A stretch of DNA of 42,572 nt. It comes from Trichodelitschia bisporula. Lineage: Eukaryota. The stretch covers positions 881,646 through 924,217 of the forward strand of contig ML996699.1 of the NCBI GenBank assembly GCA_010356995.1. The letters are read 5' to 3'. The notes under the pieces are model-generated. The model searched no databases and was not told the origin of the DNA. It saw nothing but the letters and a program-made list of their open reading frames with translations. Position numbers and translations under genes: made by a program. Position 1 is the stretch's first letter. Each line of letters opens with the position of its first letter. Positions 21,787-33,873 of this stretch are shown here, one piece after another.

Positions 21787-23547
21787 TCAACCCTCCCACG
21801 GCTTCTCCGGAGGGTCCTTCGGCGTGTCCGCAAGGAGCCCGTGACCGGGAGGGAGCTTGCGGGTCGCAGGACCGTGAATCTTCGTGTCCTCCCGGGGATG
21901 GCAGCGCACGTCCTCGTACCGAATCTGGCTGAGCGGAACTTCGTCAAAGGGGACAAAGGCCGGGAAGTCCCAGTTCAGCTTCACCATGTGGGCCGGAGGC
22001 CACATTCCGCTGCCCTGGGGCTCCTCTTCCTCTGGCTCCTCGTCCTTCACGCGGCCGTTAAGCTCCCGTTCGTTCTTCAGCCCTATCTGATTCAGTGCGA
22101 CGAGCGCCTCCGACCAATCCGGTCCCAAGGAGTCACTAGCCACCGCTGGCTCGCCCTCGTTCTCCCGCACGGTATCGCCGTCCATGGGGGCATCCATGAC
22201 CGCAGGGTCATCGATGTCCATGGGGTCGTCGATCTCCATAGGATCACCGCCGTCGCCACCGAAGGACACCGAGTCGAGCGCGGAGGCAAGATCGGCCATT
22301 TCCTTCGCGTTGCTGTCACCGGTATGGTAGGTGTCGTCATCCGAGTCTTCCTGGTCGTCCCATTCAGATATCGGATATACACGACCCCTACCAGGCACGA
22401 TGTTCGCGTCAATCACCCACTGCGGCGCAAGCTTCCGGTAACCGAGCGAGCGGGCCTGATCGAAATCAATGGTCCACTTGCTCCAGTACCTGCTGTAGCC
22501 CTGGCGCTCGATCTGAGCCTGCTTCTCCAAGATGAACTTTTGCGCCCTGTTGGGCCCGCCAGTTATCTCCCAACTCATGAGCTCGTCGAACTCGTCGGGG
22601 TATTCAGGATCCCACTCCGGCGGGACGTACGCCTCAGGCAAGGGATCGGCCGGCCGCACTGGTTCCTCAACATCGGGCAGCAGCAGTCTAACCTTCCTCG
22701 CCTTGCGGACGCGCGCCTTCTCCGCCGCCAACGCAGCCAAGGTGGCCGCCTTCTCGGCGCGTACCATCTCAAGCTCTCTGTACACCGGCGTCAGCATAAA
22801 AGATACATACCACTCAGCAGCGCCTGCTGCCTCGGAAGCACTCTCGATCCCAGCCCACAGGCTGAAGCTCAGAACGCCATCGAGCTGGCACATCGCGCGC
22901 GTCGTGAACCGCTCCCACAGCCCGGTCCGCCGCAACCGGCGAGGAGACGTAATCGCCGCCATGCGTTTGTTGACGCGAGCATCAACACCGCACGCGAAAC
23001 GACGTGCCTTAGCCATCCCACCAGCAAGCTTCTTTCCGGCACGGGAAGCAACATGCCCGAGACCCAGCCCCAACGTCTTGACGGAGGAAGCAATATCAGA
23101 TACAAGCCCACCAACGGTACCGGGTGCAGGTGGGAGCACCAACACACCGGCCATGATCAGGCTTTGGAACGCGACGTTCCGCGGCTCAAGGTTAACCCCA
23201 AGCGACATCACACCTTCGTCAAGACGTGGGAGCGGAACTGCGGACGCGATACTCACCGCGTGCGACGCGTACGCTGCAGCTGTCTTGACCGCTCGAGGAG
23301 GGTTAGGAAGTTGGGAGTAGTACGACGAGTTAGCGCGGATGGCGGCTTCGCGCTCGAGGCGCCTGCGTTGGATCTCCCTGAACACAGATACGGTAGAGCC
23401 GGGGGTGGGCTCGAAGGGCGGAGTGGCGTAGGAGGGGAAGATGTGGCGGGCGATGAGACGAGGGCGGGGAAGGAGGTCGGTGATGGCGCTGACAGTCGGG
23501 AGAGGAAGCCGGCGAGGCATGGCGGAGAGGTTGCGACGGATAGGCAT
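21787..23547 (-). CDS. Intronless hypothetical protein (586 aa) with an acidic C-terminal half
   Basis: Long uninterrupted ORF with protein-like composition, an upstream TATAAATA at about 23789-23796 (minus strand) and a pyrimidine-rich leader. No family recognised. Confidence 0.6.
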   Translation of the reverse strand: MPIRRNLSAMPRRLPLPTVSAITDLLPRPRLIARHIFPSYATPPFEPTPGSTVSVFREIQRRRLEREAAIRANSSYYSQLPNPPRAVKTAAAYASHAVSIASAVPLPRLDEGVMSLGVNLEPRNVAFQSLIMAGVLVLPPAPGTVGGLVSDIASSVKTLGLGLGHVASRAGKKLAGGMAKARRFACGVDARVNKRMAAITSPRRLRRTGLWERFTTRAMCQLDGVLSFSLWAGIESASEAAGAAEWYVSFMLTPVYRELEMVRAEKAATLAALAAEKARVRKARKVRLLLPDVEEPVRPADPLPEAYVPPEWDPEYPDEFDELMSWEITGGPNRAQKFILEKQAQIERQGYSRYWSKWTIDFDQARSLGYRKLAPQWVIDANIVPGRGRVYPISEWDDQEDSDDDTYHTGDSNAKEMADLASALDSVSFGGDGGDPMEIDDPMDIDDPAVMDAPMDGDTVRENEGEPAVASDSLGPDWSEALVALNQIGLKNERELNGRVKDEEPEEEEPQGSGMWPPAHMVKLNWDFPAFVPFDEVPLSQIRYEDVRCHPREDTKIHGPATRKLPPGHGLLADTPKDPPEKPWEG

Positions 23548-23788
23548 CGTCGTTTATGAAGAGGTAACTCCGGGTTCAGGAGGAGAGGTCAGAAGAGGGG
23601 GAGGAGGGCGGAAGAGAAATATGAAGAGAGTCGAGATGAGTGCTGTTAAGCAGAATGACAAGAATGCTGTTAGGCAAAGAGTGCTTGGAAGCAGAAGAAT
23701 GCTGGGGGAAAGCAGAAGGGCAGCGGAGCGTGAGATGTACTGTGTACGAAGAGGAAAAGAAGAGGAGGAGGAGGAGAGAGAAGGGCGG

Positions 23789-23796
23789 TATTTATA
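23789..23796 (-). promoter_or_regulatory. Putative TATA box of the orphan ORF
   Basis: TATAAATA about 245 bp upstream of the ATG, followed by a CT-rich stretch typical of fungal core promoters. Confidence 0.5.
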
Positions 23797-24107
23797 CCCC
23801 CCCTAGTTGATGTGGAAGCACAGGGAAGCACAGACCACCTGGTGTTTTTCCGGTGCGTTGCCGAGACGATTCTGTGGTTTGTGCGGTCGTGGGAGGAAGG
23901 AGCGATGGAGTGGCAGATGGAAGTGGATGGATTGGGTAGGTATGACTGCCAAGGCGACGACAGCAGTGAGGTAAGATGGTGACGGAGACGAGATGGGACG
24001 ACAGGTAGGCTTCTGTCCGAACGGCAAGGCTGACAGCCAGCCTTAGATGGGATGAGAGCCACCAGCAGGTTTACATGTAAACATCAACACGGTCATGCGA
24101 AGTGCGA

Positions 24108-24415
24108 GAGCAGCAGGATATCAAAAGGGACAATATCATTACTATAGCACCTCTCCATCCGTTTCAATATCTTCCTTCCTGTCCTTGCGAACCACTCCGC
24201 GCTGCTAACAGGCCCGAGCTGCATCTTGGACATATCATACCCATCGGCCTCAAGTAGGCTCACAGATAACACAAGCAGCGCAACGGCAGCGAAAAAGCAG
24301 CATGATATCAAGAAGGACAATTTCATTACTATCAATTCCAAGTCCATCTGAATCTCCTCCTTCCAGTCCTCGCGAGCAACACTCTCGGTATTGCTAACCG
24401 ACTCAACTCCCATGC
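24108..24415 (-). pseudogene. Two degenerate duplicates of the 3' end and 3' UTR of the adjacent GIT1-like gene
   Basis: They encode LLEADGYDMSKMQLGPVSSAE and MGVESVSNTESVAREDWKEEI, against the parent FLTANGYDVSKMGLGPVSSEESVVREERKEAI. The flanking AGCAG..GA.ATCAA...GACAAT.TCATTACT block occurs three times. Confidence 0.8.
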
Positions 24416-24442
24416 GAGGAGCAAGACTGATGTAGTCTGTAA

Positions 24443-24660
24443 TGTAGACGTGGAAGGAGCATTGTTACGTCAGGAATGAGTATGCTTATCAAAGGGACAT
24501 GATGTGACGTGCGCATGAGAGGAGGAAGGAACAAATGAGTACATTTTGGCATCATCGCGTATTTGTTCTTGGGAGTCTCTTCATCTCCCCCTCTCTTCAT
24601 CTTTACTTTAATCTTCAGTTTGACAGTTGCCTTTGTAAATAATGAGCCGTTGCTCCCCTC
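24443..24660 (+). repeat. Dispersed repeat, copy 3 of 3
   Basis: Aligns by eye with 17695-17955 and 13793-13962. Confidence 0.75.
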
Positions 24661-24785
24661 AGACCGACTGAACAGGGAGAACCACAAACAGGTCCACAGA
24701 TAACACCGACACGGTAATACACACCCCAAGAGCAGCAGGACATCAAAAACGACAATATCATTACTGCAGGTATCTCCCCATCCCT

Positions 24786-26461
24786 CTAAATCGCCTCTTT
24801 CCTCTCCTCCCTCACCACACTCTCCTCACTGCTAACCGGTCCCAGCCCCATCTTCGACACATCATACCCATTCGCCGTCAGAAACTCCCGGAACTTGATA
24901 TCCTCCTCCTCAATCGTGTCCTGGTTGATGTCGGGCAGCGCCCACATAGCCAAGGCCCCTGCGACCAGCGCCAGTGTGCTCGCGACCCAGAACGGGTCCT
25001 GCCCGGCCCGCAGCGTGCCTTTGCCCGCGTGCTCCTGGATTGCGCGCAGCCCGTAGGAGCCCGCGAAGGCGCCAATTTTGCCCATTGCGGCCGCGATGCC
25101 GTAGTACTGGCCACTGTGGTGCGTTAGCATACGAAAGGAATATGACGAGGGGGAACAAACCGGATGCACGTCGCGCTGGTCTTGCTAGCTAGCAGACCGA
25201 TGTTGTCACCTGGCCCGACCTCGCCCAGCGCCAGGAAGATGCCGTACACGACCGTGAAGGCGCCGACGTTATGCGGCGTGTTGAGCCACTTGTAGCACCC
25301 CGCCATGATATACCCGACAATCGCCTGCGCCCAGACGGCATACGCGAGGAGGCGCTTCGGGCCGAGCCAGGGGACATCGGCAAGCAAACCGCCGATGATG
25401 CATCCGGGCATGTAGAAGAAATTGATGAGCACGTTCCACGCCATGCTCTTCCACAGCGGGTACTTTTTGCCGAGCAGGTGCGCCAGGATGCTGCTGGAGT
25501 AGATGCCGAAGCTGTAGGCGGACCAGTCGTAGATGAACCAGATGAGCGATACGATGAGGAGTCGGAACCAGTAGTAGCGGATTACGAGAAGCCAGGGTGT
25601 GCGGGTGTGCGCCATGGATTCGCGCTTGTAGGCTTCGGGCTCCTGCAGCTTGAGACGGAGCCAGAGGAGGGACAGCGGGGGGAGCACGCCGAGGCCGAGG
25701 CAGATGCGCCATGCGGCGCGGAGGTGGTTCTCGGTACACGCGACGACCTAGGCGAGTGGGTTAGGGTCGGGGGACTTCGGACTGCTGACGTTGACGTGCA
25801 GAATCACTGGGTGCACGTACCACAATCAACGACACGATCGCCGCAACCAAGAAGCCCAGATCAATCTGGACGTTGGTGAACATGATGAACCACTTGTTGC
25901 GCGAGCCCGCGCGCAGCTCGCCCGTCGACTCGGCGCAGCCCACGCTGCCAGCGGGATATTCTCCGCCAATACCGATCCCGAGCAGGAAACGATACGCCGT
26001 CAGCGCAGCCAGCATGCCGCCGAGGCTGCCCCCGGCGCCGTACGAGCCCGTGGCGAGAATGGCAAAGAGGATGATGATGAGGGTCGAGGCCATCAGCGAC
26101 CACTTGCGACTGTACTTGTCACTCGTGTAGCCGAAGATCAGCATGCCGAGGACGGTGCCGGCGAAGGTAATGGAGCTGATGTTCTTGAGCGCCGAGGAGT
26201 TGTCGTAGGCGTCGCCGTAGATTTGCGACAGCATCGTGCCCACCGTGCCGATGATCTGGACTATCAGCGACGCGCCCGCGCAACCCGGCGCAAAAGACTA
26301 CGTACAGCGTTGAGGTAGCCATCGGAGAAGAGACCTGCCCCGCAGGCAATCACGGGCCACAGACGCTCCCATTTGCTCTTGCCGGTGTCGACGAGCGGGT
26401 CTCTGCCCTCGGTGGGGTGGACGACATCGCCGGCTTCTTTGCTTTCCTGGACGTCGGCCAT
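24786..26461 (-). CDS. GIT1: MFS glycerophosphoinositol/glycerophosphodiester permease, GIT1-like
   Basis: Three introns (about 26305-26256, 25820-25748, 25160-25114); motifs GAGLFSDGY, FGYTSDKYSRK, RFLLGIGIGGEYPAGSV, WFIYD, GEVGPGDNIGL and RGQYYGIAAAMGKIGAF. Confidence 0.9.
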
Positions 26462-28019
26462 GGGGGATGGGAGCTTAGGGTAGTGCTGGGGAGGCGGGGG
26501 TGTGTGGGGAAGGGGGGGAGGGGTAGATATAGAGGATTGGTCCCGGCCACCGTTGCGCCCAACGGATTTTTAGAGCGGGCGCTGTGCGGATGGTGTGTTC
26601 TAATCTCAGGGCTGGGGATGCAATCCCGGGTGTGGGGAGGGGAGACGAGTGAAGACCCGCGGGACAGATACGAGGAAACGCACGGCGAGGCCGGGGATCG
26701 TTGTCGAGGTGGCCTGGGCTAATCGCCAGGGCTTGGGTTATGGGGGCAGGGAAGGGACATTTCGAGAGATGTCAGAGAAGCCTTGCACGACTTGCACTGC
26801 AGATGCTGATGCGATGATATGCATGGTCTTGACCGGACGGGGCAGGTTGGCGTGTCCATCTCTGCATCGTGGGTCTAGCTTCGAGCACGGCGTGGCTGTA
26901 GCACTGGCGCTAACTGCCCAGACTTCATGACGGAGGGTAAGCTTCGTTCGGTGCTCCATAAGCGCGTGGCTGCAGATACGGCAAGCTTCTTGCGGCGCGT
27001 GGGCGTGAGCTTGCAAAGGCTTCGCCGTGGGAAGGAGTGTGAGGCGTATACGACGTCACATCGGCGGCATCGAAATGCGGCGCCCGAGCCGCGCATCGAA
27101 CAACCTTAAAAAGCACCAATCCTCTGCTCGCATCGCGGCACACTCCTCACGCAAGTCGCAATATTATTCTCCAGCCGTTTGTTAAGTTGTATCAGCGCAG
27201 ACGCCGCCTGCCCAGCCCAGCAAACTGCAGGCGGAGTAATTAGCACGCGACGCTGCGGCGTCAGGTTTAATGCTCGCGGATTAACATGCACCCCCCGCCC
27301 GGTGGCCGGGGGCGCTTATCTCAATCCGACCATTTCCCCGCGTTGGCGTTGCGAAGAGGATGCGAGTGACCTCTTCCTCATCCTCTACAAGTCGGGAGTA
27401 CGATGCGCGCTATCGCTCTCGCCGAAGGCGAGGCGGGCGACGCTGGTTCGTCGACTCGGGCACATCTCTACGTTCGTGCAATATGGATTCAAAGCCTTCA
27501 ATTCCATTCCGCAATACTAGCAAACTGCGATGCCTCCCTCCCCCCAAACCCACACCGCACTCTAAGATAAAGCGTGCGCGCAACACCCCCGCCCCCCACC
27601 GGGATCCCGCACAGAGTGCCCCGCAGCACCTCTCGGCCAACCGTTGCCGCACGCACGCCGGGCCCCGGCGCCGATCGGTTGAGCGAGGCCCGGCGACGGC
27701 CGGGGGTGCGTTGGTAGACGGGCAGCGTCCATGTCACGGGCTTGTCATGCCACTCACCTTTATTCCCAAAATACATCTATCTGCGTGGGAAGCTACCGAG
27801 GACGCTCGGTTCCAATTTCGAGCCGGGGAGTCGGGGCAGGGCTACAGAGTCGGGACGCCGAGAAGAGGTGCTGAGTCACAAGACGCTGGGTAAAATGAGC
27901 GAACAGACGCAGCCGCTCGCTTACGGAACCGCTCCTCAATAACCAATCTACGGTAAATGCAGCGCGAAAGAACATATGTAAATGTACACTAGACCCCAAC
28001 CTCTCTTCAATTACCGACC

Positions 28020-28871
28020 CTACGCCGTCTTTTTCCACACCGAGTACACGCCGAGCAACGAGCTCACCGTGCCCGCGATCCCGACAAGCCCGTCGTCCAG
28101 ATTCAACAGGCCGAGCGACGTTGACGGCAGACAGATGTCGCACATGTCCTGCGCGAGTTGCAGGGACGTGGCGTTCCACTCGCTGGGGACGTTAGCGGCG
28201 TCATGAGTGTTAATACCGGGTACGTACCGCTCAATTTTTTTGCTCTCCACCGCGCCCTCGCCCTCCTTCTTGTCGACCGCCGCCGCGCGCTGGCGCAGTA
28301 CGTACAGCGTGTACAGGCCGGCGATGGTGTTGAAGGTAAGGCCCGAGAGCCAGAACTTTGCCGCCTCACGCTGGAGGCGCTTTGCGTTTGCGAGAGGACG
28401 GATGCCGGCGACGTCGAGCTGGCGCGGTTAGCATAACATGTTCTCTTCCTGTCCCACCGTTGTCGCTGCCCCAAACATACCACGCAAATGTTGTCCAGCG
28501 TCAAGTAACCCGCGTACCCGATCTGGCGGCCCACAGCGCAATACCGCAGCACGGGGTCCAGGCCCTTCGCATCGGCCGCCGTAGCAGCTGCCTTGAGGTG
28601 CTCGAGGAACTTGCCGACGCGCAGGAGTTTGCGCGCGATGCCGAGCTGCTTCTTGGCGGCTTCGAAGGGCTTGATGGTGGCGGCGGGGTTGTTGGTGCGG
28701 AAGAGGTACCAGGCGTAGAAGCGCGAGAAGTACTGGATCGTGCGGAGGAGCTTGTCGCGGCCGGCTGCGCTGTGTTAGTTTGGTTGGGGGGGGGGGGGGC
28801 GTACCTGTTGTCGCGGTGAACTTCAGCCAGTGGGCCACCGTTGGGTGGTAGATGACGGCGTCGGCGACCAT
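28020..28871 (-). CDS. PEX11: Peroxisomal biogenesis factor 11
   Basis: The spliced product (3 introns) reads MVADAVIYHPTVAHWLKFTATTAGRDKLLRTIQYFSRFYAWYL...RKLLRVGKFLEHLKAA...DDGLVGIAGTVSSLLGVYSVWKKTA. Confidence 0.97.
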
Positions 28872-29615
28872 GGCGGCGGTGTTGCGGGGGATACGGAAGG
28901 TGAAGACGGTGGTGGAGATGGACAATTGGAGACGCTGAGGGCGCAGATTTCGATGGATGGGATGAAATGCGGCGGTGGCCGGAGGTGACGGTTGTGGTCA
29001 GGCGCCGCGCCTGTGATTGATGAGGAGACGATAGCCGGCTACGGGGCCGAGGCAATGGAGTGCTTGGCGGGTCCGGGGTGGATGGATTGCGGAGACGCGG
29101 GCGCGGACGCGGGGCGGAAAGCTAGCGCGCTGCTGTGATCGCGATAGCGGGGTTGGTGTTGAAGAGAGAGTGCGTGCGTTTGTGAGGTGAGCGATTGGTG
29201 TGAGCTGAGATCTGAGATGAGAGATGGGAGGAGATGCAAGAGTGCGGAGGTGATGTGGCACGCGAGCGTGGATGTGGAGACTGCCGCATGAGGTGGAAAG
29301 GGGTGTGGCGGTGCATCAGACGACGTCGATGAACCCCGATATCGCTCGCGATACTACGGACAATGTGGTGAACGGAAGCCAACGAGCACTACCCGTTCAC
29401 TTGCTTCAATGACACGACAAGTTCTTCAGTCTCTACCTCTCCCAGCTTCTCCTCTGTTTCTCCTGCTCACTCTCAGCCTCCGATCTCACGCACCCTTGCC
29501 TGCAGTGGTGTGCACGCGCTATCGATAAGACTAGGCAACCCTCCGAGAAGGCGACAGCTTCCTCGACCTTGACAACTTTTACATCCACTGTACTCTACAC
29601 CCACGCTCTTTCAGC

Positions 29616-32600
29616 ATGACGTTCCCCGAGCCCGCCATGACGCGGTTCACTGGCGCTACGAGCGTCGTTCACGTCACTAAGAACGGCAACACTGTTCTTG
29701 CCAGTGAAGCTCTTGATGCGTTGTTGCGCGCAGTCGATTCCCCACCACCGGCCTCTTCATCGGCTTCCCATGCGAACGCACACCCGTCGAAGCGGCGGCG
29801 ATTGAATAAAGAGTCGCACTACACTGTTACCAAGAGCGATGAAGTATTGTTTACGCTCAGCTTGGTGGAGTTGACCCTCGTACGTCACTTGCCACATTCC
29901 GTATACTTAGTCTCACGCGTCTTAGAACTTCGACGAGGACCTTAAATCGAGCGCATCGGCACCTCCAACGAACGTCAATATCATCATACCCTTGCATGAC
30001 AGACTTAGAATCTCTCCGAACCATACCTCCGCCATTACCATCGAGCTCAGACTCGCCGATGAGATTCCGGTGCTGAGAACACTGGCCTATCACGGCGTCC
30101 AGGCAAAGAACGGCAGGCTTTTGGCGCGATACAGTCTCAAAGTTGTAGATGCGCAGAGCTGCATTCTGCGAGCAGATCTGCTGGTGAAGGCCGATGACTC
30201 GCTTCCTTTGCCTCGTGAACAGCTGGCTCTCCGCCACTATGCTCTGAAGCATGACACTGGCGAGTGGAGCCCGCAGGACTTTTACGCCAATACGCACGTC
30301 CCTGATCCCTCGACAGTGGCAAACCTCGGTGACTGTCATCTCCCGTTCGTGCTGTTTCCGTTTCAGGCGCGCACTGTTGCCTGGATGCTAAAGCGCGAGG
30401 GCGTCCAATACGCAGGTGGCCGGCTGGCAGATGTCGCCCAACCAACTTCCCCCCTCTTTCACCGAGCTGTTGACGCGCTTGGCACACCTTGCTACATCAG
30501 TGACGTTCTCTCCCAGATATGCATAACTCCACCACTCTTCGACATGCGCGGTGGAATCCTGGCCGAAGAAATGGGACTTGGAAAGACTGTCGAGCTCATC
30601 AGCCTCATCCGCGCCCACGCCCAACCGCCGAATATGTTGGACAACGGCCACCTGACTTCCTGCGGCGCGACTCTGATAGTTGTGCCATCCCACATACTGC
30701 ACCAGTGGACCAACGAGCTGAAGGCACATGATCCTGGCCTTCGCGTCTTTACCTACACTGGAGTGCAAAAGTGGGGCGATAGGGAACCGAGGGAGATGGC
30801 TGAATATGACGTTGTCATCACAACATATAACACCATTTCTCGAGAGGTGCATTTCACTCAAGAGCTCCCGACGCGCGTGCTGCGGCGCGCCCCTGTGAAC
30901 AAGCCGATGCGGAGCCCACTGGTGGAAGTATCTTGGTGGCGTGTGTGCCTTGACGAAGCGCAGATGGTGGAGAGTGGCGTTAGCGGAGCGGCGAAAGTCG
31001 CCCAGCAGATCCCTCGGGTGAATTCGTGGGTTGTGTCTGGGACGCCGATTCAGAAAGATGCCCGGGATCTTATCGGACTGCTGCCATTTCTCCAGAGCGC
31101 TCATTCAATGAAGACGTGGAAAAAAATTAGTCGCCCGACATACAAGCGGCTCGTCGCCCAAATCGCCCTGCGACATACCAAGGAACTGGTTCGGGATGAG
31201 ATTGCACTCCCACCTCAGACGCGCGTCGTTGTTACGCTTCCTTTTTCGCCTGTTGACCAGCAGAATTACAACGATCATGCTGAGGTCATGGCGCGCGAAT
31301 GCCAACTCGAAGGGGAGAGCACGGACAGCGAGAAAATGCGCGTTTGGCTGAGGCGGTTGCGACAGGCCTGTCTGCATCCGCAGCTCATCGATGGCACCAT
31401 GGTCCGCAAACGCAATCCGGGACAGCTCCTAGGGGTGGACCAGGTGCTCCAATCCATGGTTGACCAAAACGAAGCCTCCATTCGCAGTGAGCAGCGCGCG
31501 CTCATTCTGTCTCGTGTCCGCCAGGGACACGTCCTTGCGTACGCGAAGTCGGTGCCGGACCGCGCGCCCCAAGCCCTGAGGCGTTACCAGGAGGCACTGA
31601 AAAGTGCCCAAGAACTGGTCAAAGAGTGTCGTGATGAGCTGGCTGCGGTCGCGGGGGCTGGTGTTAGTAGCGAGGCGGATGGCGAGGTGTCTGAGGATGA
31701 GCTGGACAAGGCGGCCAAGGGACCGGAAGCTGAGGCGCTGCGCCGACGCGCAGGAGCCCGTCGCGAGCTGCGTTCTCTGCTTGAAGTCGAGCATGTGTGC
31801 CTCTTTTTTGTGGCGACTGCGTATTTCCAGTTGAAGACTGAAAAGGAAGCTCTGGCAGCGGGTGAGAGTCCGTCTAATGAGAATGTGCCGGCAGCGGACG
31901 AGAGTACGCCAAAAGAGAATGTGCCAGCGGCGGATGAGAGTACGGCGGAGCTGGAAAAGTCTGACAAGGATAAGAGTACGTCGGAGCTGGAAACGCTTGA
32001 AACGGCTTACTATGACCGAGCCCAGGCCGTCCGCACGGAGATTCTGCGTGGCAGTCGCGCACGGGTGAACAATGTCATGACCAAGGTGAAGGCCAGCTTC
32101 TCTCCTGAGATACCCATCGTTCCGGAGCTACCAGACGTCGACGGGATCGAGAACCGCCGGATTGTGGACGCCTTCTTCGAACTGCGTGACCTACTGAATG
32201 CCCAGGCCGACGCACTGCAAGAAATTAGGCAAAAGGTCGTGGAAATCCTGCTCCAGCCGTTGGTCGATAATGACGTCACGGAGACGACAGGTGAAGAGTA
32301 CGAATCATCAACAAAGACTCAGGACGACCTCTACGTCTACGAGCTGTGGCACCGCGCGCTCATCGCTCAACGGCAAGCAACGCTCATTGGGCAGCGGAAT
32401 ACTCTGGTCAACAATGAGGTCAAGGATGCAGCGAGGATGGCGAAGGACGGCACCGGACCTAATCCCGAATTGATGCGAAAGGCGGCGGAGCGGCTCGCTG
32501 CGCTTCAGCCAAACGATCAGGCCTCGCTGCGAGGCGTCGTGACCGAGGCGCGCTCGCTCATCACCCAGTTGGAGTGGAAGCGTGACGGCGGGGCTGCGCG

Positions 32601-33873
32601 GGCGGCGGCAGAGCTCGCGCTTACAGAGCAGCTACTCAAAGAGCTCCAGGATATTACGTCGCATCAGATGAAGCACTTTGGCGAGTTGGAAAAGGCGCAC
32701 GACCTGTTCCGCACAGCGACCAATGTGCGCCTCGATTACTACCGGCAGCTACAGGGGATCTCGGACACGGTCGCGCCATACAAAGAAAGTATGGACGACA
32801 AACTTGACAAAGTCGCTCTTGTGGACCTGGAGAGGAAACGCGCGGCGGCAGAAGCGCAGCTCGCGACGCTTTACGGCAAGCGGCGCTACCTGCGGCACCT
32901 CCAGGCCGAAACGGACGTTGATTGCGGCATCTGCCAATCCGAATTGACAGACGGCGTCATATCTGTATGCGGGCACCAGTTCTGCCGCGAGTGCGCAGGC
33001 CAGTGGTTCGCACGCAGCCGGCGCTGCCCGATGTGCAAGGCCCGCATTAAGAAGCGCGATCTGCGCCCCGTCTCGCACAATCAACCCCGAGAACTGCAGG
33101 TCAAGGAGGTAGCCCCATCTGGTATCACCACGGCTGCCGTCGGTCCCGTCGGCATCAGCGCCGCCACCCTGCGCGAGATCCAGGCCGTTGAGCTCCCCCG
33201 CACGTACAGCACCAAGATCGATGCCATCGCGCGGCACATCCTGTGGCTGCGGCAGCACGACCCGGGCGCCAAGTCGGTCGTCTTTTCGCAGTTTACCCCG
33301 TTTCTCGACTTGCTGGGCATGGCGTTTGCGTCGCTGGGCATTGAGTTCACGTCGATTAAGAATAAGAACGGCACGAGCATGATCGATGAGTTTTTGGCGA
33401 ATCCGGCGGTGGAAGCGTTTTTGCTGCCGGCGCAGTCGAATGCGTCGGGGCTTAATCTTGTGGTTGCGACGCATGTGTTTCTTTGCGAGCCGTTGATCAA
33501 TCCGGCAATTGAGATGCAGGCCATTGCACGGGTTCATCGGATTGGACAGCGCCGTGCGACGACGGTGTATACTTACCTTATTGCGGACTCGGTGGAGGAG
33601 GCGGTGTATGAGGTTGCTGTTGGGCGGCGGCGGGAGCATGTCGATGCGGCGGCGAAGACGCTGGTGGAGAAGAAGGGGGAGATTGTGGGCGATGATGTGC
33701 TGAGGAGGTGTCTTGTGGGAGCGAGGGGGGTTAGGCGGCGGTTGTCGTGGGGTGAGGATGGGGAAGGACCTGGTGAGGCCGAGGAGGATGGTGTAAATGG
33801 GGTGGTTGAAGGCACGAACGGAATGGATGTGGATGAAGATGGCATTATGAACGGCGTGGCGCAGGAGGATTGA
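29616..33873 (+). CDS. SNF2-family ATPase with C3HC4 RING finger, IRC20/SHPRH-like
   Basis: Exon 1 (29616-29879) and intron 29880-29925 join in frame to the long ORF. Motifs GGILAEEMGLGKT, WWRVCLDEAQMVESGVS, SGTP, LRQACLHPQ, RING CGIC..CGHQFCREC..CPMC, and helicase-C GLNL..QAIARVHRIGQ. Confidence 0.93.

Noticed and set aside
21763..23559. 598-aa + strand ORF overlapping the orphan gene
   Set aside because: Arg/His-rich antisense shadow typical of GC-rich coding DNA; the promoter signals favour the minus strand.
31879..31944. 33-bp duplication (ENVPAADEST x2) in the SNF2 gene; likewise the HHPE repeats at about 5045-5120
   Set aside because: Ordinary in-frame slippage in disordered linkers.
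1..33873. Possible functional gene cluster (PAP2 + GIT1 lipid turnover; SDR + MFS + TFs as a secondary-metabolite cluster)
   Set aside because: There is no backbone enzyme, and the genes are unrelated housekeeping types interspersed with MED7, PEX11 and IRC20-like.
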